Shown: in pieces, positions 1 through 7,015 of the stretch
Numbering within the stretch: the stretch's first letter is position 1
Layout of the letters: each line of letters opens with the position of its first letter
Sequence record: OY723362.1
Length of the DNA stretch: 9,607 bases
Direction: 5' to 3' (one strand)
Notes under the pieces: model-generated
Told to the model about the DNA's origin: nothing
What the model saw: the letters and a program-made list of their open reading frames with translations, nothing else
The model's database searches: none
Position numbers and translations under genes: made by a program

Positions 1-11
1 CTTTTGGTGAC

Positions 12-29
12 CAAAGGGGTACCCCTTTG
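12..29. other. 18-bp perfect palindrome centred on GGTACC
   Basis: caaaggggtacccctttg equals its own reverse complement. Confidence 0.97.
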
Positions 30-131
30 CAACACGTTTTGGGACCCCCTAAAATGGCCACTTTTGGGACCTCTTTAGGTACCCTTCCCGGCACCCCTTA
101 AGGGCCATCCTTCGAGGAATGGCACCATTTA

Positions 132-169
132 GGGGGTCTGAAAGGGGGTCAGAAAGGGTGCTAAAAGGG
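132..169 (+). repeat. Decayed 12-bp tandem repeat of G-runs (gggggtctgaaa, gggggtcagaaa, gggtgctaaaa, ggg)
   Basis: G-runs at 132-136, 144-148, 156-158 and 167-169, with spacing 12, 12 and 11. Repeated at 5316-5353. Confidence 0.85.
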
Positions 170-386
170 TACATGCATGAGTACTCACACACCATCTTTA
201 AGGGGTTTCGGGGGTTCTGTATCCCTCGAAGGATCCCCCTTAGTATATGGGGTGGTGTTCCCATGTGCAAAAGGGGCTAAAAGAGGTGTTTTCGACCCTT
301 TTTGCATGCCAAAACCACCAAAATCGATGGTTTTGAGCACCCCAAATCACTCATTTTGGGGGTTTCGGGCCCTGTCCAATACCCTC

Positions 387-505
387 CATAATGGTCTCTT
401 AGAGGATATGGGGTACTGCATGTAGGCCTCTCGGTAGCCCAGGATGCACGGAGGGACATTCCCTGTGGAGGTGATCTCCTCAGGTTCCATAATGCCCTAG
501 ATGTG
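387..505 (+). repeat. X module, copy X1 (divergent subtype)
   Basis: Shares the core taggcctctcggtagcccaggatgcacggagggacattccctgtggaggtgatctcctcagg with the six other copies. The 5' part (ggggtactgcatg) and the 3' part (ttccataatgccc) differ from the other subtypes. Confidence 0.9.
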
Positions 506-545
506 CTAATCCCGTGCCGATACCTACTCGCAACACATGTTTTGG

Positions 546-802
546 GACCCCTAAAACATGTATTTCGACCCATTTGGGGTCCTCATACCATGGCACCATC
601 CTCTGTGCACATACCATGTATCTAGAGGATGTGGTCTCCATAGGTATCGTGGGCATATCCCCTACCCTATGATGTAGGTACCATGCAGAGCATGTGTACT
701 CCTTATAGCATATGTAGTGATCCCCATGGTGTCTAAGGGATCTGGTGATGTACTGGATATCACCATAATCATGTAATCTGAGTACATCAAATCATGTGTT
801 TT
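546..802 (+). repeat. W segment (~256 bp), copy W1
   Basis: Runs gacccctaaaacatgtatttcgaccc...catcaaatcatgtgtttt. It is paralogous to 1833-2088, with scattered substitutions and one indel. Confidence 0.9.
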
Positions 803-1065
803 CATGTCATCAAATGCATGCCAATACCATGATATCTGGTGTCTACTGGATACCCTCTATACATCATATAGTACCCAAATACCTGCAAGGGCGGATCCTT
901 ATGGTTCCCCTTGTACGGATATGCTGTAGTACTAGTGTTAGTGGTACCCATAATGAGTACATATCGAGTACTTCATATCATCAAATCATGTGTTTCATGT
1001 CATCAAATGCATGCCATTACATGATATCTGGTGATTACTGGATACTCCCTATATGCCATATAGTA

Positions 1066-1210
1066 CTCCATACACCTCTGCATGGTGTAATGGTACCCGT
1101 ACTCCCCATGTACTGTATACCATAGGATACATGGTACTAATGGTGTGTATGGTGTTGTACTAGTGGTATTAGATGTGTATACCTACTCATAATGAGTACT
1201 TCATGTCATC
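1066..1210 (+). repeat. V segment (~145 bp), copy V1
   Basis: Runs ctccatacacctctgcatggtgtaatggtacccgtactccccatgtactgtataccataggatacatggtactaatgg...cataatgagtacttcatgtcatc. A truncated divergent relative lies at 1534-1604 (and at 6717-6787 in copy B). Confidence 0.88.
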
Positions 1211-1295
1211 AAAACACATGATTTCATGTCATCAAATCTATGCAATTACATGATATTCCGTGTATCTAATGATGTGCTGGATACTCCCTAATGGC

Positions 1296-1426
1296 CATAA
1301 TGGCTCCTTAGAGGTATGGGGATACTCCCCGTAGGCCTCTCGGTAGCCTGGTATGCACAGAGGGACATTCCCTGTGGAGGTGGTCTCCTCAGGTATCCCG
1401 TATGCCATATCCTGTCATTAGATGTG
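1296..1426 (+). repeat. X module, copy X2
   Basis: Runs cataatggctccttagagg...cctgtcattagatgtg. Identical to X3 by eye, with the same core as X1 and X4. Confidence 0.92.
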
Positions 1427-1640
1427 TATACCTACTCATTTCATGTCATCAAATCATGTGTTTTCATGTCATCAAATGCATGCCAATACCATGATATCTG
1501 GTGTTACAGGGACTCCTCTAGATACCCATAGTACTCCATATACTCCCGTAATGGTGTAATGGTACCCGTAGCCCCCATGTCCTATATACCATAGGATACA
1601 TGGTCTGCTGGTATGTATCTAGTAGTACTCGTTGCCTGTA

Positions 1641-1832
1641 CCCCTCCGAAAGGGTCTAAATACACCATTTTAGGGGTCCAAAACACCCATTTTAGGGTCC
1701 TAAAAGTGCTCATGGGGGTACCCCCACGAGCCCTTTTTATGACCATTTCTGGGCTTGATTTGCGGACCCCTTTTGGGGGATTGAATCACCCGTTTTGGTA
1801 CCTCCAGAAAGGTGCCAAAAGTGGTCATTTTA
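1641..1832. repeat. Phased block Z-b
   Basis: Adjacent ~23-bp units ccattttaggggtccaaaacac and ccattttagggtcctaaaagtgct. A/T runs across 1650-1860 have a mean spacing of about 11.7 bp by hand measurement. Contains the 14-bp palindrome tgggggtaccccca at 1713-1726. Confidence 0.7.
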
Positions 1833-2088
1833 GACCCCTAAATCATGTATTTAGACCCTTTTGGGGACCTCATACCATGGCACCATCCTCTGAGCACATA
1901 CCATGTATCTAGAGGATATGGTCTCCATAGGTATCATGAGGGATACCCCTACCCTATGATGTAGGTACCATGCAGAGCATGTGTACTCCTTATAGCATAT
2001 GTAGTGATCCCCATGGTCTCTAAGGGATCTGGTGATGTCCTGGATATCACCATAATCATGTAATTGAGTACATCAAATCATGTGTTTT
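1833..2088 (+). repeat. W segment, copy W2
   Basis: Runs gacccctaaatcatgtatttagaccc...catcaaatcatgtgtttt. It is an intra-unit paralogue of 546-802. Confidence 0.9.
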
Positions 2089-2808
2089 GATGACATGATC
2101 TGATGCCATGATCTCATGATCTGATGGTATGATGAGTACATACTACTACATACTACTAGTACATGCATGCCATACCACCATAGTACCACTGTATGGTATG
2201 GTACAGGGTTAAGGTGCTATCCCTGAGGATGACCTATTCTGTGCATGCAGATAGTAGTGTATCTGTTCATAGTACTACTCATACTACTACATCATTCCAT
2301 ACCACCATTGCATCATGTATTCCATACCACCATTGTATACATTGCATGGTATGATGAGTAGATGCATACATAGTGTATGGTATCTGTTACAGTGTCTGTG
2401 CAGAGTATTAGTACATGCTACTAGTGTTAATACATCAGTAGAGATGCACATACTCTATACACTGTACTCCTAGGAATGCAGTACCTAATACTAGTACTAC
2501 TAGCAGTGAGGATACATACAATACGTGCACACGCATAGTACAGCAATGTAGTGCACTAACAGATACTACACCACTAGTGATGAGCAGATAGCTATTCATT
2601 AGAGTAAGAGTATTCTGTAGTACTACACTACTAACCTCTACTCCATCATCAGTAGATGTATGCTGTAGAGATACTACTAGCAGTGAGTATGCATACTAGG
2701 GTAATGTTAAAGGTCACGTTACTGTCTACTAGTGCATAGTCTCTCCCTTGGTCCCTCACTCCCTGTATGGCAGTGTATAGACCATGTAGAGATACTATGC
2801 ACTAATAC
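2089..2808. other. Copy-A-specific 720-bp segment, rich in TAC/GTA/CATG words, with no counterpart in copy B
   Basis: Homology to copy B stops after catcaaatcatgtgtttt (2088) and resumes at gatgtgtatacc (2809). The ORF track lists no ORF (smallest listed is 61 aa) between 1913 and 3161 on either strand. I found only 4 CpG in 2101-2820 by hand count. Confidence 0.85.
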
Positions 2809-2920
2809 GATGTGTATACCTGTTCATTAAGTACATCATTAGATACATCAAACCATGTGTTTCATGTCATTAGATGTATCAATACATGATACTACTAGTA
2901 CTCTCTAGATACTCATAGTA

Positions 2921-3066
2921 CTCCATACACCTCTGCAATGGTGGTATGGTACCCGTACTCCCCATGTACTGTATACCATAGGATACATGGTACTAATGGT
3001 GTGTATGCTGTTGTACTAGTGGTATTAGATGTGTGTACCTACTCATAATGAGTACTTCATGTCATC
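2921..3066 (+). repeat. V segment, copy V2
   Basis: Near-identical to 1066-1210, with variants such as ctgcaatggtggtatgg and gtgtatgctg. Confidence 0.88.
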
Positions 3067-3141
3067 AAATCATGTGTTTTCATGTCATCAAATGCATGCA
3101 ATATCATGATATCTGGTGACTACTGGATACTCCCTAATGGC

Positions 3142-3272
3142 CATAATGGCTCCTTAGAGGTATGGGGATACTCCCCGTAGGCCTCTCGGTAGCCTGGTAT
3201 GCACAGAGGGACATTCCCTGTGGAGGTGGTCTCCTCAGGTATCCCGTATGCCATATCCTGTCATTAGATGTG
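3142..3272 (+). repeat. X module, copy X3 (present only in macro-copy A)
   Basis: Same sequence as 1296-1426 at offset +1846. It has no counterpart at the homologous place in copy B. Confidence 0.92.
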
Positions 3273-3314
3273 TATACCTACTCATTTCATGTCATCAAAT
3301 GCATGCAATTACAT

Positions 3315-3475
3315 GATGATACTGCTCATGAGTACCTACCCGTAGTAGTATACATGTAGTATCCATGGTATACATAGTACTCGTAGTGTATGCTGTTAGG
3401 CTATGATGTAGGGGTATCCCGTACCCCTCATACCATCCGTGCATACTACTAGTATCCTGTATATCACTAGATACT
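3315..3475 (+). repeat. U segment (~161 bp), copy A
   Basis: Runs gatgatactgctcatgagtacctacccgtagtagtatacatg...cactagatact. Identical by eye to 7738-7898. Confidence 0.88.
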
Positions 3476-3860
3476 GTATATGATCATACGTGCAAACCAT
3501 GTGTTCAGATGTCTCGAAACATGTGTTTTGGTGTCATGACATACACATTCTATACTACTAATGAGTACCTGTACATGGTATGCGCTGTAAGGGATACTAG
3601 GGGATATGGTGCATACCTCTAATGGGGCATATGCTGCCATTAGGGATACCCCCAATACCTGTAGTACTCTGTATAGCTCATTACACCATGATATGCAATA
3701 GTAGTGGATTCGCTCATCTCGACTAGATCATGTCACGAAATGACATGTTTTGGGAGGTGTGCTGATACCCACTAGTAACACAGATACTGTATGGTATGCA
3801 GGTATCCCCATTCCCTCGATAAAGAGGCATCAGGGGATATGCACATGCCACCAGTACACT

Positions 3861-4414
3861 AAGGGATCCAAGGGGTGCCAAAAGGGGTCCAAAAGTGCTC
3901 ATTTTAGGGGTACCCGTAAATGGCATAATTGCCCCGATTTCGCGTACTCATATTCCTAAGGTCACTGTAAGGAATATGGTCTCCGGCGATGGCATTCCCA
4001 TTGTGTGCATCCGAAAAGGGCATAAAATGACCCATTTTAGGCACTTTTGGGCCTTTTGGGGTCGCGAAAGTGCACATTAAGACCCCTAATGTCTCCAAAA
4101 GGGTCCAAAATGATGCATTCGTTTTCTGCCTGACTCGGATCCGCCCTTCGCGCGCGCGCGCGCGTGTTACTATACACTAAGGGCACACAATTTAGGGGTT
4201 CCGAGCACCTCCAGACCCCCAATCCGACACCCTCTGGGATACCCTATCTGAGGGGTACGGGCCCGAATCCCTTAGGAGCACCTTAGGGATGGTATTGGGG
4301 AGGGGTCTGGGAGCACCCAGAAAGGGTCCCAAAACGAGTGATTTAGGGTCCAAAACACCCATTTTGGGAGGTCTCGGGATACCTCAGATACCCCATTTCT
4401 GGAGGTCTTGGGGT
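3861..4414. repeat. Phased block Z-c/d, interrupted by the (CG)8 tract
   Basis: Uses the same word set (aaggggtgccaaaaggggtccaaaagtgctcattttagggg, ttttgggccttttgggg, gggtccaaaacacccattttggg). Boundaries are approximate. Confidence 0.65.
4149..4166. repeat. (CG)8 followed by TG: 18-nt alternating pyrimidine-purine tract
   Basis: Reads cgcgcgcgcgcgcgcgtg. It sits in a small CpG cluster (tcgttttctgcctgactcggatccgcccttcg) within otherwise CpG-poor sequence. Confidence 0.97.
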
Positions 4415-4573
4415 CCTCAGATCATGGCATCCGTGTCCTCAGATACCTAATACCTATGGTCTGCGAGTCCTTAGTACCTATCTGCATGGTCTGTATGCCC
4501 GTATCCTCTGTGCCATGTCCTCTGTGCATGTCCTCAGTACCTCTCTGCGAGTCCTCAGATACCTAATGCCTAC

Positions 4574-4621
4574 ACCTATCTGCATACCTATCTGCATACC
4601 TATCTGCATACCTATCTGCAC
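4574..4621 (+). repeat. 12-bp minisatellite (acctatctgcat) x4
   Basis: Three perfect units followed by acctatctgcac. Confidence 0.97.
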
Positions 4622-4648
4622 AGGTCCTCAGATACATCGCGAGCATCC

Positions 4649-4683
4649 CCGGAGACCATATCTCATGATCTGATGGTCTCCGG
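4649..4683. other. Perfect 11-bp inverted repeat with a 13-nt spacer (hairpin or cruciform potential)
   Basis: ccggagaccat (4649-4659) and atggtctccgg (4673-4683) are exact reverse complements. The spacer is atctcatgatctg. Confidence 0.95.
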
Positions 4684-5019
4684 ATCCGCTCATGGTCTCC
4701 AGATCTGCACATCCCCAGACCCCTAATCCGATACCCACAGCATATGGTCTCATAGTATGTATCTAATGGTGATGGTATCCATAGTGGTCTGTATCCCTAC
4801 TACACACACCATGGTATGTAGTGCATATGGTCTGCATGCCCTCATGGTCTCTGGATCCCTGCATCCCTGGATCCCATACCCATGGCATCCCCAGACCCCC
4901 GGATCTCATGATTCCAGACCCCAAATCCATCATTTTGAGACCTCTAAAATCATCATTTTAGACCCCAAAACCATGGATTTCAGGTCCTCAGATATGCTCT
5001 CCGGGATGCTCGTAATGGT

Positions 5020-5145
5020 CATAATGGCTCTCAGAGGATATGGGGATACTCCCCGTAGGCCTCTCGGTAGCCCAGGATGCACGGAGGGACATTCCCTGTG
5101 GAGGTGATCTCCTCAGGTATCCCGTATGCCATATCCTGTCATTAG
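5020..5145 (+). repeat. X module, copy X4
   Basis: Runs cataatggctctcagaggatatggggatactccccgtaggcctctcggtagcccagg...cctgtcattag. It lies directly upstream of the G/C-A/T phased block. Confidence 0.92.
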
Positions 5146-5570
5146 GTACCCATTCCGACCCATTTGGTGTCCCCAAAATCATCACTTTTGGTGACCAAAG
5201 GGGTACCCCTTTGCAACACGTTTTGGGACCCCCTAAAATGGCCACTTTTGGGACCTCTTTAGGTACCCTTCCCGGCACCCCTTAAGGGCCATCCTTCGAG
5301 GAATGGCACCATTTAGGGGGTCTGAAAGGGGGTCAGAAAGGGTGCTAAAAGGGTACATGCATGAGTACTCACACACCATCTTTAAGGGGTTTCGGGGGTT
5401 CTGTATCCCTCGAAGGATCCCCCTTAGTATATGGGGTGGTGTTCCCATGTGCAAAAGGGGCTAAAAGAGGTGTTTTCGACCCTTTTTGCATGCCAAAACC
5501 ACCAAAATCGATGGTTTTGAGCACCCCAAATCACTCATTTTGGGGGTTTCGGGCCCTGTCCAATACCCTC
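5146..5570. repeat. Phased block Z-a, complete copy between X4 and X5
   Basis: 5185-5570 equals 1-386, and 5146-5184 equals 9569-9607. Confidence 0.7.
5196..5213. other. 18-bp perfect palindrome centred on GGTACC, copy B
   Basis: Equals 12-29 at offset +5184. Confidence 0.97.
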
Positions 5571-5689
5571 CATAATGGTCTCTTAGAGGATATGGGGTAC
5601 TGCATGTAGGCCTCTCGGTAGCCCAGGATGCACGGAGGGACATTCCCTGTGGAGGTGATCTCCTCAGGTTCCATAATGCCCTAGATGTG
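5571..5689 (+). repeat. X module, copy X5 (counterpart of X1 in copy B)
   Basis: Equals 387-505 at offset +5184. Confidence 0.9.
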
Positions 5690-5729
5690 CTAATCCCGTG
5701 CCGATACCTACTCGCAACACATGTTTTGG

Positions 5730-5986
5730 GACCCCTAAAACATGTATTTCGACCCATTTGGGGTCCTCATACCATGGCACCATCCTCTGTGCACATACCA
5801 TGTATCTAGAGGATGTGGTCTCCATAGGTATCGTGGGCATATCCCCTACCCTATGATATAGGTACCATGCAGAGCATGTGTACTCCTTATAGCATATGTA
5901 GTGATCCCCATGGTGTCTAAGGGATCTGGTGATGTACTGGATATCACCATAATCATGTAATCTGAGTACATCAAATCATGTGTTTT
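5730..5986 (+). repeat. W segment, copy W1 in macro-copy B
   Basis: Equals 546-802 at offset +5184. Confidence 0.9.
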
Positions 5987-6248
5987 CATGTCATCAAATG
6001 CATGCAATATCATGATATCTGGTGTCTACTGGATACCCTCTATACATCATATAGTACCCAAATACCTGCAAGGGCGGATCCTTATGGTTCCCCTTGTACG
6101 TATATGCTGTAGTACTAGTGTTAGTGGTACCCATAATGAGTACATATCGAGTACTTCATATCATCAAATCATGTGTTTCATGTCATCAAATGCATGCCAT
6201 TACATGATATCTGGTGATTACTGGATACTCCCTATATGCCATATAGTA

Positions 6249-6393
6249 CTCCATACACCTCTGCATGGTGTAATGGTACCCGTACTCCCCATGTACTGTA
6301 TACCATAGGATACATGGTACTAATGGTGTGTATGGTGTTGTACTAGTGGTATTAGATGTGTATACCTACTCATAATGAGTACTTCATGTCATC
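6249..6393 (+). repeat. V segment, copy V1 in macro-copy B
   Basis: Equals 1066-1210 at offset +5183. Confidence 0.88.
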
Positions 6394-6478
6394 AAAACAC
6401 ATGATTTCATGTCATCAAATCTATGCAATTACATGATATTCCGTGTATCTAATGATGTCCTGGATACTCCCTAATGGC

Positions 6479-6609
6479 CATAATGGCTCTTAGAGGATAT
6501 GGGGATACTCCCCGTAGGCCTCTCGGTAGCCTGGATGTGCAGAGAGGGTATTCCCTGTGGAGGTGGTCTCCTCAGGTATCCCGTATGCCATATCCTGTCA
6601 TTAGATGTG
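6479..6609 (+). repeat. X module, copy X6 (counterpart of X2 in copy B, locally divergent)
   Basis: Positional homologue of 1296-1426 at offset +5183. The patch 6530-6555 (cctggatgtgcagagagggtattccc) differs from 1347-1372 (cctggtatgcacagagggacattccc). Confidence 0.92.
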
Positions 6610-6823
6610 TATACCTACTCATTTCATGTCATCAAATCATGTGTTTTCATGTCATCAAATGCATGCCAATACCATGATATCTGGTGTTACAGGGACTCCT
6701 CTAGATACCCATAGTACTCCATATACTCCCGTAATGGTGTAATGGTACCCGTAGCCCCCATGTCCTATATACCATAGGATACATGGTCTGCTGGTATGTA
6801 TCTAGTAGTACTCGTTGCCTGTA

Positions 6824-7015
6824 CCCCTCCGAAAGGGTCTAAATACACCATTTTAGGGGTCCAAAACACCCATTTTAGGGTCCTAAAAGTGCTCATGGGG
6901 GTACCCCCACGAGCCCTTTTTATGACCATTTCTGGGCTTGATTTGCGGACCCCTTTTGGGGGATTGAATCACCCGTTTTGGTACCTCCAGAAAGGTGCCA
7001 AAAGTGGTCATTTTA
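6824..7015. repeat. Phased block Z-b in macro-copy B
   Basis: Equals 1641-1832 at offset +5183. Confidence 0.7.

Larger units (their letters stand above)
1..386. repeat. Phased G/C-run and A/T-run block Z-a (3' part; continues from the end of the preceding unit)
   Basis: A/T runs centred at about 3.5, 14, 27, 38.5, 52.5, 63.5, 75.5, 86, 99.5 and 111.5, mean spacing about 12 bp. Words such as ttttgggacc, aaaggggtacccc and gggggtctgaaa recur. Boundaries are approximate. Confidence 0.7.
1..5184 (+). repeat. Macro-repeat unit, copy A (5,184 bp)
   Basis: Collinear with 5185-9607. Offset is +5184 for 1-~820, +5183 for ~830-2088 and +4423 for 3315-5184. ORF-track peptides are identical for 49-270/5233-5454, 1613-1912/6796-7095 and 3467-3655/7890-8078. 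Confidence 0.97.

Noticed and set aside
435-493. Partial Pol III A-box (tagcccagg) and B-box (ggttccataat) matches ~48 bp apart in X1 and X5
   Set aside because: Both boxes mismatch the consensus at several fixed positions. The B-like box is absent from the five other X copies. This is not enough to call a SINE or tRNA-derived element.
49-573. Chain of overlapping ORFs (49-270 -, 177-425 +, 277-573 -), and similar chains at 3723-4222
   Set aside because: ORFs that overlap on both strands inside G/C-A/T phased repeats reflect stop-poor composition, not genes. Their peptides are G/P/K/F/L-rich and repetitive.
796-1125. 109-aa ORF (and the 106-aa ORF at 5988-6308) across the Y and V repeats
   Set aside because: It lies entirely within Y-core and V sub-repeats. 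The start codon differs between copies because of an indel, with no sign of constraint. The peptide is rich in C, H, M, I and S simply because it translates repeated catg and tcat words.
1566-1573. ccgtagcc, matching the first 8 nt after the degenerate first base (D) of the dinoflagellate spliced leader (DCCGTAGCCATTTTGGCTCAAG, from memory); ccgtaggcc also occurs in X
   Set aside because: An 8-mer match is expected by chance in about 19 kb of two-strand sequence. The following bases (cccatgtcc) do not continue the spliced-leader sequence.
1667-1697. Telomere-type heptamers TTTAGGG/CCCTAAA (also near 49-55, 128-134, 549-555, 1836-1842, 3902-3908, 4193-4199, 4344-4350)
   Set aside because: They occur only as isolated single heptamers embedded in the cattttagggg word. 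They are never tandem, so this is not a telomere or an interstitial telomeric array. At most it is a weak hint that the repeat derives from such sequence.
2100-2150. Hammerhead-like words (ctgatg twice, atgatgag)
   Set aside because: There is no exact CUGAUGA box and no downstream GAAA box with the required helices. These words are part of a gatc/catg low-complexity stretch.
2169-2179. gccataccacc, resembling the 5' part of eukaryotic 5S rRNA (GCCATACCACC)
   Set aside because: The similarity stops after 11 nt and nothing downstream resembles the rest of 5S as I recall its consensus. The same ccataccacca word recurs at ~2297 and ~2323 as a simple repeat.
2089-2808. Copy-A-specific segment as a transposon or insertion sequence
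   Set aside because: It has no ORF, no terminal inverted or long terminal repeats, and no target-site duplication. The left edge is an inverted Y-core and the right edge blends into a gatgtgtatacc repeat word. This fits recombination within the array better than transposition.
803-3300. CRISPR-like impression from a recurring short motif (catgtcatcaaa)
   Set aside because: The repeat is only 12 nt and its spacing is irregular (23 bp up to several hundred bp). The intervening sequences are themselves repeated families rather than unique spacers. There is no leader and there are no cas genes.
3729-3751. Hairpin catgtca-cgaaa-tgacatg followed by tttt (terminator-like); also at 8152-8174
   Set aside because: The stem is only 7 bp and AT-rich, the T-run is only four long, and there is no upstream gene to terminate. 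It is built from inverted Y-like words.
4259-4271. gggcccgaatccc, resembling a tRNA T-arm (GG-TTCGAAT-CC)
   Set aside because: The loop reads cccgaat, not ttcgaat. No D-arm, anticodon stem or complementary acceptor strand exists in the 75 nt around it.
4757-5107. Longest ORF in the window (116 aa, +), with its duplicate at 9180-9530
   Set aside because: It runs through repeat words and ends inside the X module. It overlaps a 96-aa ORF on the opposite strand (4988-5278). The peptide is low-complexity with no recognisable motif, and I see no ribosome-binding site or promoter context. Its length is within what chance predicts for this composition.
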